A stretch of DNA of 63,817 bases, counting the filler, from Lama guanicoe (taxonomy: Eukaryota): NCBI GenBank assembly GCA_013239625.1. It is 172 parts of 172 records of this genome, joined end to end, with 100 filler letters (N's around TTAATTAATTAA, not from the genome) between each part and the next. Parts side by side here need not be neighbours in the genome. Positions count along the whole stretch, not along the records: positions 12,243 to 12,513 come from PNXV01051579.1; positions 12,614 to 12,884 come from PNXV01051580.1; positions 12,985 to 13,255 come from PNXV01051581.1; positions 13,356 to 13,626 come from PNXV01051582.1; positions 13,727 to 13,997 come from PNXV01051583.1; positions 14,098 to 14,368 come from PNXV01051584.1; positions 14,469 to 14,739 come from PNXV01051585.1; positions 14,840 to 15,110 come from PNXV01051586.1; 164 more parts are not named here. One strand, given 5' to 3'. The notes under the pieces were generated by a model. It saw only the letters and a list, made by a program, of their open reading frames with translations, was not told the DNA's origin and ran no database searches. A program made the position numbers and the translations under genes. Position 1 is the first letter of the stretch. The number at the start of each line of letters is the position of its first letter. Below are positions 12,243 to 22,162 of the stretch, in pieces.

Positions 12243-12513
12243 ATCACCAATCAAAAGCGCAAAAATGCAAAACAACATGACATTAAACAGAGCCCCTCTG
12301 CAAAGGACATTTATTTACAGTAGAAGAACTGAAGCAAGAAGACAGAGAGTGTCACCTTGTCACACCTTGGCTGGAAACATTTATGAAGGGCGACACGTTT
12401 CTTGCCACCCTGCACAGATCCACGAGTGGCTGTGATGGCTCTGCATGTATTGATTTTGGGGTTACTAATACATTTTAGCTATTAGGAGACTTCACAAATA
12501 TGGAATCTGAAGA
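12243..12513 (+). mobile_element. MER82 (Tigger/TcMar) DNA transposon fragment
   Basis: GTATTGATTTTGGGGTTACTAATACATTTTAGC...TTCACAAATATGGAATCTG matches the recalled MER82 terminus. Confidence 0.7.
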
Positions 12514-12613
12514 NNNNNNNNNNNNNNNNNNNNNNNNNNNNNNNNNNNNNNNNNNNNTTAATTAATTAANNNNNNNNNNNNNNNNNNNNNNNNNNNNNNN
12601 NNNNNNNNNNNNN

Positions 12614-12884
12614 TATCATATAGAATATGATCAGTGATCCACCCTCCAGCCCTCCCTCTCCCCTAACCTCTGGCAACCAATGATCTGTTTACTGTCTCCA
12701 TAGTTTTGCCTTTTCCTGAACGTCAGATGATTGGAATCACACGGTATGTGCTCTTTTTCAAATTGGTGTCTTTCACTTAATGATATGTATTTCAGGTGGT
12801 TTTCATTTTTTGTCTTATTATGGCTTGATAGTTCATTTTTTATTAGTGAATAATATTCCACTGTATGAATGTACAACAGTTTGT
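12614..12884 (-). mobile_element. L1MC/MB-type 3' end fragment
   Basis: CCTAACCTCTGGCAACCAATGATCTGTTTACTGTCTCCATAGTTTTGCCTTTTCC. The minus ORF 'YIHTVEYYSLIKNELSSH' is an L1 ORF2 C-terminal remnant. Confidence 0.85.
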
Positions 12885-13355
12885 NNNNNNNNNNNNNNNN
12901 NNNNNNNNNNNNNNNNNNNNNNNNNNNNTTAATTAATTAANNNNNNNNNNNNNNNNNNNNNNNNNNNNNNNNNNNNNNNNNNNNCAATGTTTCCTGAGAA
13001 AATACCTTCCAAATTCCAAATAACTCAATAGAAACCTACATTTTAAAAGCGGCAGATTGCCTCCTTACATAAAAGCACAAATATAAATTTCAAAGATGGA
13101 TGTATCATCAGGACTTCCTTTAACAGCAATGTTCTGTAACGTACAGCTAGCTAGATGGTAGGTGTCCAACCGAGACCCACCAAGTCCAATCAAGCCCAGT
13201 GATGGCACCTTTGCACCTCCCATGTCAGTTTCATCCTTGTCACATCTCTCTGGGANNNNNNNNNNNNNNNNNNNNNNNNNNNNNNNNNNNNNNNNNNNNT
13301 TAATTAATTAANNNNNNNNNNNNNNNNNNNNNNNNNNNNNNNNNNNNNNNNNNNN

Positions 13356-13500
13356 CTTAGCATGCACGAGGTCCTGGGTTCAATCCTCAGTACCTCTACT
13401 AAAATAAATAAATAAATACATAAGTATATACTTAAACAAACCTAATTACCTCCTCTTCCCTAAAAAACCCCCAAAAAACAAACACACACAAAAAAAGAAA
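13356..13500 (+). mobile_element. Vic-1-type SINE, 3' portion with AT-rich tail and AAACCTAATTACCTCC motif
   Basis: CTTAGCATGCACGAGGTCCTGGGTTCAATCCTCAGTACCTCT-(AAAT)n-AAACCTAATTACCTCCTC-A-rich. Confidence 0.85.
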
Positions 13501-14097
13501 TGTACCCATTTTATCTAAGTTGTGTAACTTTGGGCATAAATTGTTCACAATATCCTCTTACCCTATTGTGTGGGGTATTTCTCTCTCATTCCCGACCCTG
13601 GTAATCTGGGCCTTATCTCTTTATTTNNNNNNNNNNNNNNNNNNNNNNNNNNNNNNNNNNNNNNNNNNNNTTAATTAATTAANNNNNNNNNNNNNNNNNN
13701 NNNNNNNNNNNNNNNNNNNNNNNNNNATGGAAGCTTTGATGCTTATTTTTAAAACTTAGCCTGTCCAAAAAAAAAATCTTTAAAATACAAGTAAAATTTA
13801 TTTCATTAATACCGTTTTCTCAGGAAAAAAAAAATCGTTCAGATTTTTAAGCATCTATTATAACCTCGGAGTGTTCTATGGGAAGCCTGTGAAAGCCAGA
13901 ACAGCTTTAACGCCTATTGAAATCCTCTTTTTAAGCAGCCAGTGGAAACTAGAGTACTGACTGTTGAGTAAGTCAGTAAGACAACAGTAAGATTCCANNN
14001 NNNNNNNNNNNNNNNNNNNNNNNNNNNNNNNNNNNNNNNNNTTAATTAATTAANNNNNNNNNNNNNNNNNNNNNNNNNNNNNNNNNNNNNNNNNNNN

Positions 14098-14368
14098 TCG
14101 GGGGCCGTGCGCGCCGCCGGCTCGCCTGCCGCCGGGCTGGGCGCGCCGGGGGCCGCGGCCGGTTGGCGGTTTGTGCTAGGAGAGGCCTGGGAGTGATTCC
14201 TGGGTGGTAGGAGCCCCACACCCGTCGCGTCACGATGAGGAGGAACAGTGTCCCCAACGGGTGAGTATCAGCGCGAGCGCCCTGGCGACCACCGGAGTCG
14301 CCAGAGGAGTGGCGTCCCGGGGAAGGATGCTCCCGAGCCCCGCGGTGGCGGGCGGCGGCCTGCGCCGC
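14098..14368 (+). promoter_or_regulatory. CpG-island fragment with probable first-exon splice donor (CGG|GTGAGT, GT at 14261)
   Basis: Very high GC and CpG content, a consensus donor, and an ATG at 14235 with A at -3 (MRRNSVPNG before the donor). Gene not recognised. Confidence 0.7.
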
Positions 14369-15235
14369 NNNNNNNNNNNNNNNNNNNNNNNNNNNNNNNN
14401 NNNNNNNNNNNNTTAATTAATTAANNNNNNNNNNNNNNNNNNNNNNNNNNNNNNNNNNNNNNNNNNNNCTGAGAAGTATTTTGCATTGCCATTTTCATTC
14501 AATTTTTAATAAAGTTGCAGGTGCTTTAAAAGTGGAGAAAAGAATAAGGAAATCACCACGAAGAGAGAAACTGAGGAGTGCTAAAAAGTGGTAGCAAGTG
14601 TTAAGATGGCCTTGGTTTAAGCCCCTGTCATGAGATTCTTTTGTCTATTTTTAAAATTAACCATACTCCCAAGTTCTTATTTATTTATTTTATTAATCAT
14701 TGTATATTTATATTATATATTTTATAATATATATTATATNNNNNNNNNNNNNNNNNNNNNNNNNNNNNNNNNNNNNNNNNNNNTTAATTAATTAANNNNN
14801 NNNNNNNNNNNNNNNNNNNNNNNNNNNNNNNNNNNNNNNGAGCGGAGATGGTTGTATCCCTGCTGAAGGGGCCCTGTGCAGGGTGGACGCGGTGCTTGAG
14901 GACCAGCCGGCCCGCGGTGCTCTGCACGCGGGGCTCACTGCCGCTGCCGCAGCCTCCACGAGAAGCAGGAGCAGTCGTGGCGGAGCTGCATGCACAGACA
15001 CGCTTCACCTCCGCTTCGGGCCCGCGGCGTGACTTCTGGAAAGTCACTGAACTTCGCAGACCTTAGGTTCCTCTTCTAGAGTCTTTGCAGGGTGCAGTAG
15101 AGAATATGCANNNNNNNNNNNNNNNNNNNNNNNNNNNNNNNNNNNNNNNNNNNNTTAATTAATTAANNNNNNNNNNNNNNNNNNNNNNNNNNNNNNNNNN
15201 NNNNNNNNNNAAAAAAAAATCTTAGGGGTCACTGC

Positions 15236-15481
15236 TGTTAACTGAAAAATAATGCACAACCTAAAACTTGAGAATTATATTCCATTTGGAGGATGTACTG
15301 AGGACTTAAGTCTGGGAGGCAGCGTATCAGATAACTCTGAGGGACTGCTCTGAAGAGGTAAGGGGGGAGCCAAGATATAAAACAGTTTTTAAAAAGCAAA
15401 ACAATACAAAGCAAACAGACAAACAAATAATAAAAAAAACAGGTAGTCAGAACATCAAAAGATTACTGTTAATTAAAGAAA
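15236..15481 (-). mobile_element. ERV1-type LTR 3' end (cetartiodactyl family)
   Basis: TGTTAACTGAAAAATAATGCACAACCTAAAACTTGAGAATTAT...GAGGGACTGCTCTGAAGAGGTAAGGG...ACATCAAAAGATTACTGTTAATTAAAGAAA. The TG at 15236 is the LTR terminal CA on the minus strand. Confidence 0.75.
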
Positions 15482-15581
15482 NNNNNNNNNNNNNNNNNNN
15501 NNNNNNNNNNNNNNNNNNNNNNNNNTTAATTAATTAANNNNNNNNNNNNNNNNNNNNNNNNNNNNNNNNNNNNNNNNNNNN

Positions 15582-15852
15582 TGGAATCAAAAAAAAAAAA
15601 AAAAAGACACAATGAATTTATTTGCAAAACAGAGACTTGTAGACATAGAAAACTAACGGTTACAGTGGGAGCTTGGGGGAAAGAAGGTGGGAAGGGATAA
15701 ACTGGGACTTTGAGATTTGCAGTACTAACTACTATATATACAAAATGGATAAACAAGTTTCTACTGTGTAGCACAGAGAACTATATTCAATATCTTGAAA
15801 TCCATAATGAAAAAGAATATGGAAAGGAATATATGTATGTATATGTATGACT
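15582..15852 (+). mobile_element. Camelid/cetartiodactyl-type L1 3' UTR
   Basis: AATGAATTTATTTGCAAAACAGAGAC...GGGAAGGGATAAACTGGGA...CTATATTCAATATCTTG...GAATATATGTATGTATATGTATGACT. Confidence 0.9.
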
Positions 15853-16029
15853 NNNNNNNNNNNNNNNNNNNNNNNNNNNNNNNNNNNNNNNNNNNNTTAA
15901 TTAATTAANNNNNNNNNNNNNNNNNNNNNNNNNNNNNNNNNNNNNNNNNNNNGTTGTGTGTTTAATTCTGACAAAAACAAAACAAAACAAGACCCCATCT
16001 AGCTTCTGCAAGATAACCTTATAACTAAG

Positions 16030-16220
16030 GTGAGAGATAGACCAGAGTTTCAATTCATCTTTCAAACAGGGCTCATGAGTTCCAGGCTACTTGTGATTTC
16101 TTCTTCCTGGGTGCCTACCTTGTAGACTTTAAGCTTCAGCATCAGATACTACCTTACAGAGACTGACTAACCAGTTTCCACAATTGTGTAAGCCAAGTCC
16201 CTTAATAAATCCATATTTCC
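16030..16220 (+). mobile_element. MLT2 LTR 3' part
   Basis: CCTACCTTGTAGACTT...CCACAATTGTGTAAGCCAAGTCCTTAATAAATC. Confidence 0.65.
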
Positions 16221-16323
16221 TACNNNNNNNNNNNNNNNNNNNNNNNNNNNNNNNNNNNNNNNNNNNNTTAATTAATTAANNNNNNNNNNNNNNNNNNNNN
16301 NNNNNNNNNNNNNNNNNNNNNNN

Positions 16324-16500
16324 TGTGCCAGCCATTGCTATGAGCACTTTTTTCATTAATTTGTATGTATTCCTCATATACTCCTATGAGGTGGAGACTA
16401 CTGGTAACTTTTATAGATGGAAAAACCTGAGGCAGAGAGAAGTGGAGTAACTTGTTCAAGGTCACAGACTAGGAAGCAGAGGAGTCAGGATTCAAACCCA
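16324..16500 (-). mobile_element. MIR SINE
   Basis: TGTGCCAG...CCTATGAGGTGG...TTTATAGATGGAAAAACCTGAGGCAGAGAGA...AACTTGTTCAAGGTCACA...GGATTCAAACCCA. Confidence 0.85.
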
Positions 16501-16694
16501 AGAAGAGACAAAGTTACACAGCTACTACATGGAAGACCAGATTAAGAAGGAGCCAGACCCCAGTAAAGCAGGGTATGCAAAGTTCTTGAGTTATNNNNNN
16601 NNNNNNNNNNNNNNNNNNNNNNNNNNNNNNNNNNNNNNTTAATTAATTAANNNNNNNNNNNNNNNNNNNNNNNNNNNNNNNNNNNNNNNNNNNN

Positions 16695-16965
16695 TGTTGC
16701 CCCTGCCGAGCTGATGCCCAAATAGGTCATGATCAAGCCTGTGATGACCACATTCCTCCTGGTGTCAGCTGTGAAGATGGCTGCTCGCAAGTCATTAATG
16801 TGAAGCTCACCAACAACACAATGGTGAAAGACACTGTCATATCTGCTGCCTTCATTCAGAGCACCAGCAGCGCCATCATTAAAGCCGCCAATGCCACCCA
16901 GCAGCAAACTGTCTTTGTGCCGGGCTCCAGCCTGGCCAATGCCAAACTTGTGCCAAAGACTCTGC
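16695..16965 (+). pseudogene. ZNF532: ZNF532-like pseudogene fragment
   Basis: Conceptual translation VAPAELMPK*VMIKPVMTTFLLVSAVKMA/SQVINVKLTNNTMVKDTVISAAFIQSTSSAIIKAANATQQQTVFVPGSSLANAKLVPKTL matches recalled ZNF532 (SQVINLKLANNTTVKATVISAASVQSASSAIIKAANAIQQQTVVVPASSLANAKLVPKTV). In-frame TAG at 16723-16725 and a -1 frameshift near 16783. Confidence 0.8.
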
Positions 16966-18549
16966 NNNNNNNNNNNNNNNNNNNNNNNNNNNNNNNNNNN
17001 NNNNNNNNNTTAATTAATTAANNNNNNNNNNNNNNNNNNNNNNNNNNNNNNNNNNNNNNNNNNNNACATTTACTTATTTCTCATTGGGGAAACAGAGATA
17101 CATTCAAAGCCACCAGGAACATGGAACTCAGTCTGTAAAAGCCAAGTCTCCCAGAACTGATGTACAAGGCCACACATTGCTCTAGAACATGAAAGGATAG
17201 ATTTCTGATAAAGGTTTCCCACAAAAGAGAAGGCCCAACCTTGAGAACTCATGAATCTGCCCTTAGGAAGACACAGTTTCCAAAGAGATTCAGCTGAAAA
17301 AATGGCAGAGATGCTGGTGTCATGGCATTTCATTCTNNNNNNNNNNNNNNNNNNNNNNNNNNNNNNNNNNNNNNNNNNNNTTAATTAATTAANNNNNNNN
17401 NNNNNNNNNNNNNNNNNNNNNNNNNNNNNNNNNNNNTTACGTGATACCACTGGACCTTGATTGTCTGCTTTTGTGTATCTTCCCACGGAATCATGATGGC
17501 AGAGAAACAAGGTTACTCTCTTCTCATCTCAGTCGCCGACACACAAAACGCATCAGTACGGAATGAGTGAGTGAATGAATGAACCAACTAAAGAAAGCCT
17601 GTCGGACATTGTAGCTGGTGGGTTCAGATGGTTGATCCAATTTGGGGGATATTGCCAACCGAGTCAACTTACCAGTTCTTTGCAACACTTTGACATTGGA
17701 AAATACGNNNNNNNNNNNNNNNNNNNNNNNNNNNNNNNNNNNNNNNNNNNNTTAATTAATTAANNNNNNNNNNNNNNNNNNNNNNNNNNNNNNNNNNNNN
17801 NNNNNNNGTGTGTCCAAAAGCCACCGTAACACGACGGAGAGCCTGAGGGCCAGGGGCCAGCCCCAGTCAGTCTGTAGTGAGAGACCTCCCATGGATGCTG
17901 GTGCTCCATCCATCCTGCTGAGGACAGGGCTCCGAGGAGCCAGGACCGAGGTGGACAGAGGGCTGCATCCAAGACCTCCCTCCCTCCCCGCCGCTCACCT
18001 CTGATCGTGCAGGGTCCATTTATAGTGACCGGAAGCTTCCAAGCTGTCAGCCACACCTGGACCCACATTGTCCAGTGCNNNNNNNNNNNNNNNNNNNNNN
18101 NNNNNNNNNNNNNNNNNNNNNNTTAATTAATTAANNNNNNNNNNNNNNNNNNNNNNNNNNNNNNNNNNNNNNNNNNNNCATAAGACTTCTGCCTAGTTTT
18201 GAAATAATGAGGCTACACAGTAGAAACTGTCTTGGATAAAGATAAAGATAACTTGGGGGTAATTTTGTGTTGCAAGGGTGGTTGCTAAGGGAAGAGACTA
18301 CATGGGCTACTGGAGGTGGACGTGGCTGGTAGGGACAAGGGAGCATGGGGCAGTGGTCTAGGATTCAATAGACAGGGCTTGAGTCCTTGATGCTGTGTGA
18401 CTTTGGACAAAACCCTTGGCGTCTCTGATCCCCTGTACTTACTAGATGGNNNNNNNNNNNNNNNNNNNNNNNNNNNNNNNNNNNNNNNNNNNNTTAATTA
18501 ATTAANNNNNNNNNNNNNNNNNNNNNNNNNNNNNNNNNNNNNNNNNNNN

Positions 18550-18820
18550 AGGGTAGGAGATGGATAATAAAATAAGAGCCTACAATATGCTGCTCTTATA
18601 TACTTCAATACAAAAAATATATAAAATATACTGCTTACAAGACACTCAGTTTAGGGTGAAAGTCAACAGATTGAAAATGAGGGGATGGAAAAAGATATGT
18701 CATGTAAATGGAAATGAAAAGAAAGCAGGGGTAGCAATGCTTGTATCAGACAAAACAGACTTTAAAACAAAGGGTATAAAGAAAGATAAGGATGGACACT
18801 AGCTAATGATAAAGGAACAA
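18550..18820 (+). mobile_element. L1 ORF2 apurinic-like endonuclease N-terminal fragment
   Basis: Translation YCLQDTQFR...RLKMRGWKKICHVNGNEKKAGVAMLVSDKTDFKTK matches the L1 EN motif (CLQETH...GWKKI.HANG..KKAGVAILISDK.DFK). Confidence 0.95.
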
Positions 18821-19064
18821 NNNNNNNNNNNNNNNNNNNNNNNNNNNNNNNNNNNNNNNNNNNNTTAATTAATTAANNNNNNNNNNNNNNNNNNNNNNNN
18901 NNNNNNNNNNNNNNNNNNNNCGTTTAGGGGTGGCTGAATGCAGGCCCAGGTGCATGGCTTCCATACTTGAGGAGTATTGGACAGTGAGGTTCAACAGTTT
19001 GTCAGGGTAAGCTTATGAGAAGCTCTCAGCTGAAGCACAGCAGAAAGAGCAAGTTACTACCTGA

Positions 19065-19191
19065 TAGCTAGTCTCCCTTCCTTCTTTAGTAAAAGAACCC
19101 TGTTTTAACTGGGGCAACAATAACGCCAATTAAAACTACATTTTTCAGCTTCCCTCTCAGCTCTGAGTAACCAAGCCATATGTCAGCTATG
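19065..19191 (+). mobile_element. LTR33/ERVL-like LTR fragment
   Basis: CCCTTCCTTCTTTAGTAAAAGAACCCTG...AAAACTACATTTTTCAGCTTCCCT. Confidence 0.55.
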
Positions 19192-20033
19192 NNNNNNNNN
19201 NNNNNNNNNNNNNNNNNNNNNNNNNNNNNNNNNNNTTAATTAATTAANNNNNNNNNNNNNNNNNNNNNNNNNNNNNNNNNNNNNNNNNNNNTAGGGTTCT
19301 CCTGCCTCCCTGGACACCTCTCTGTCTCCACCCAGGCCCTCCACTTCCCAGCCATAACTCACGCACAAAAATACCATGGAAGCCCCATCCTTCCGGGCAG
19401 AAATCCACCCCTGATCCACCGTGTGCAGAGCAGCCTGGAGGGTGGTGGGGAGGGCAGCCTGGGAGCTCAGATCTGGGGGAATCAGGCCAGATCTGTCACT
19501 GCTTTGTCCACAGGCCTCCTGGGGCTAGAGGAGAGGCTGACACAGATGGAGGGTTTTTTTTTNNNNNNNNNNNNNNNNNNNNNNNNNNNNNNNNNNNNNN
19601 NNNNNNTTAATTAATTAANNNNNNNNNNNNNNNNNNNNNNNNNNNNNNNNNNNNNNNNNNNNATTTTCACACCATTTCAGTATTAAAAATCTGTCATCCC
19701 TGCCAACATCAGCTGCAAAATGAAAATGTGTGAACTACAAGAAAAGGGGATTTGAGAACAAATTCAAGGGGAGAAAAATAACACAATGTTTCTTTTATCA
19801 CTATCCTCACAGTCCTCTCCCTCCTCAGTGGAAAAGGTCTGTACACACTCTGTTGAATGGCGAATGATGCGGACTGAGGTAAAGGAAAAGCCTTCGAATT
19901 TCTGTTGTAGACTCAAGATCTAATTTGTCCAAGNNNNNNNNNNNNNNNNNNNNNNNNNNNNNNNNNNNNNNNNNNNNTTAATTAATTAANNNNNNNNNNN
20001 NNNNNNNNNNNNNNNNNNNNNNNNNNNNNNNNN

Positions 20034-20304
20034 CCCGGGAGGCCGCCGCGCCGGCCGCGCCGAGCGAGCCCCTCCCCGACCCCAGCCTCGCCCGGGGCGC
20101 GCCCGGCCCCCGGGCCCTGGACCCCCGCCCGCTGCCCAGCGCCCGTCGGGCCAGCGCGGCCGCCGCCGGGGAGGGGAGGAGGCCCGCCCGCTGCGCACTC
20201 GCGCCCCGACGCCGGCAGGGCAGGCCCAGAGGTGAGTCGAAGTCCGCAGCGGGGTTGGTGGTGGGGAGGGGAGGCTGACTCCCACTCCAGTGGACCTTTC
20301 CCGG
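20034..20304 (+). promoter_or_regulatory. CpG-island fragment with probable first-exon donor (GAG|GTGAGT, GT at 20232)
   Basis: Extremely GC/CpG-rich with a consensus donor. Gene not recognised. Confidence 0.7.
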
Positions 20305-20564
20305 NNNNNNNNNNNNNNNNNNNNNNNNNNNNNNNNNNNNNNNNNNNNTTAATTAATTAANNNNNNNNNNNNNNNNNNNNNNNNNNNNNNNNNNNNNNNN
20401 NNNNGTAGTGAGCATGCTGTATGTCATCTCCTTCAGTGCTGAGCATCAGCACTCTTGTTCTCTTTTATCGCTCATCTGCTTCTTTCAGGGACACACTCAC
20501 ACTACTGCCTCTCAGGCGTCACCCCATCACTGCTTCTCAGATGTTACTGCCTCTATGAAACCCC

Positions 20565-20676
20565 TGCTGATTTCATAAAATTCAGATTATGGTTTGGTAA
20601 GTCTAAGGTGAGGTCCAAGATTCCATATTTCTGACAAGCTCCCAGGTGATAAATCTGCTCCTTGTCCCTGAGCCAC
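20565..20676. mobile_element. MER5A (hAT-Charlie) fragment
   Basis: CAGATTATGGTTTGGTAAGTCTAAGGTGAGGTCCAAGATTCCATATTTCTGACAAGCTCCCAGGTGAT. Confidence 0.65.
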
Positions 20677-21147
20677 NNNNNNNNNNNNNNNNNNNNNNNN
20701 NNNNNNNNNNNNNNNNNNNNTTAATTAATTAANNNNNNNNNNNNNNNNNNNNNNNNNNNNNNNNNNNNNNNNNNNNTTTTATTTTATACACAGGCCATTT
20801 GAATATGTTCACCCATGAAGTGAAACAGACTACCTGAAGTCTGAGTCCTGAGAGACATCTCCGGTGAAATGCTTCTTAGACAGTGACCCAGGACACAGCC
20901 CTAGCAGTAAGTAATGTGGCGACTTGATACACATATATGTTGTGAGTGATTTTCATAGTAAGGCTGCTTCCATAAACTCACCTAATTCCCTTTTGTGGTG
21001 AGAATTTTTGAGATCTGCTCTCAGCAACTTTCAGATAAATAATACAGNNNNNNNNNNNNNNNNNNNNNNNNNNNNNNNNNNNNNNNNNNNNTTAATTAAT
21101 TAANNNNNNNNNNNNNNNNNNNNNNNNNNNNNNNNNNNNNNNNNNNN

Positions 21148-21418
21148 TACAGAATGTAGAATAGAGACTATAGAACACAGAATGTAGAATATAGAACACA
21201 GAATGCAGAACCCAGAATTCTGAACATCGAATGAAGAACACAGAAATTAGTATACAGAATTCAGAATACAGAATGTACAATATATAATGTAGAACACAGT
21301 ATATACAATGCAGAATACAGAATCCAGAATTTAGAACATGGAATTTAGAACAGAGAATGCATAATATACAGTTCAGAATACAGAATATATATTGAAAATA
21401 TAGAATGTAGAACACGGA
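21148..21418. repeat. Diverged 7-bp tandem array (AGAAYRY; e.g. AGAATAC/AGAACAC/AGAATGT), about 38 units filling the contig
   Basis: AGAA recurs at a 7-bp period across the whole contig. Confidence 0.9.
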
Positions 21419-21894
21419 NNNNNNNNNNNNNNNNNNNNNNNNNNNNNNNNNNNNNNNNNNNNTTAATTAATTAANNNNNNNNNNNNNNNNNNNNNNNNNN
21501 NNNNNNNNNNNNNNNNNNTTTCACAGGCTTTTCTCTGTTGTTTTTATGTTTCTGTATCAGCCGTGTTCAGGGTTAAATCTTAAACACGGGAGCCTGTCTT
21601 GACAGTCATGCTGCCGCCGTGGCTCCTGGAGAGAGCGTTCCGTTCTCTCCTTCCGCCCCGCCCTGCCCGGTTTCTGGTTGACACCAAGCCATCCTCGCTT
21701 GTTCCTGAGCGGAGGGGGGTCTCCGTGGCAGGCTGAGGTGGCCGCCCGTCTGAGCCGCTTGTGGTAGCCACAGGTGGCATGTGGCTGTGANNNNNNNNNN
21801 NNNNNNNNNNNNNNNNNNNNNNNNNNNNNNNNNNTTAATTAATTAANNNNNNNNNNNNNNNNNNNNNNNNNNNNNNNNNNNNNNNNNNNNTTTC

Positions 21895-21975
21895 TACTGC
21901 AAACAATGATTACACACTTAGCATTTAAAAGGACACGCACACTTATTATCTCAGTTACTGTGTGGGTCAGAGATC
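21895..21975 (-). mobile_element. MLT1 (MaLR) LTR fragment
   Basis: ACACTTAGCATTTAAAAGGACAC...TTATTATCTCAGTTACTGTGTGGGTCAGAGATC resembles the antisense MLT1 3' end. Confidence 0.6.
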
Positions 21976-21979
21976 AATA

Positions 21980-22103
21980 TAGGCATATCTCAGAGATATT
22001 TCAGGTTTGTTTCCAGACCACTGCAATAAAGCAAGTATCTCAGTAAATGGGGTCACACAAATTTCTTGATTTCCCAGCGCATACTAAAGTTGTTTACACT
22101 ACA
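21980..22103 (-). mobile_element. Tigger1 terminal region, preceded by a TA target site
   Basis: (T)AGGCATATCTCAGAGATATTTCAGGTTTGTTTCCAGACCACTGCAATAAAGCAAGTATC...GTCACACAAATTT...TTTCCCAG...TGTTTACACTA matches the Tigger1 TIR end. TA at 21978-21979. Confidence 0.85.
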
Positions 22104-22162
22104 TATTACCGAAGGCAAGTTCGTGTGTCCACTGCACCATGAGGCCAAAAAACTGAAACATC
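22104..22162. mobile_element. ERV1-type LTR terminus interrupting Tigger1
   Basis: Abrupt switch to TATTACCGAAGGCAAGTTCGTGTGTCCACTGCACCATGAGGCC, which is TGTTACCGAA-like LTR end sequence. Confidence 0.55.

Noticed and set aside
14840..15110. CpG-enriched segment with ORFs on both strands
   Set aside because: Possibly a decayed 5' UTR or island edge, but no gene or splice signal could be assigned.
21092..21415. 107-aa hydrophobic ORF (MFYILYFQYIFCIL...)
   Set aside because: It is a translation of the 7-bp tandem repeat antisense strand running into the linker.
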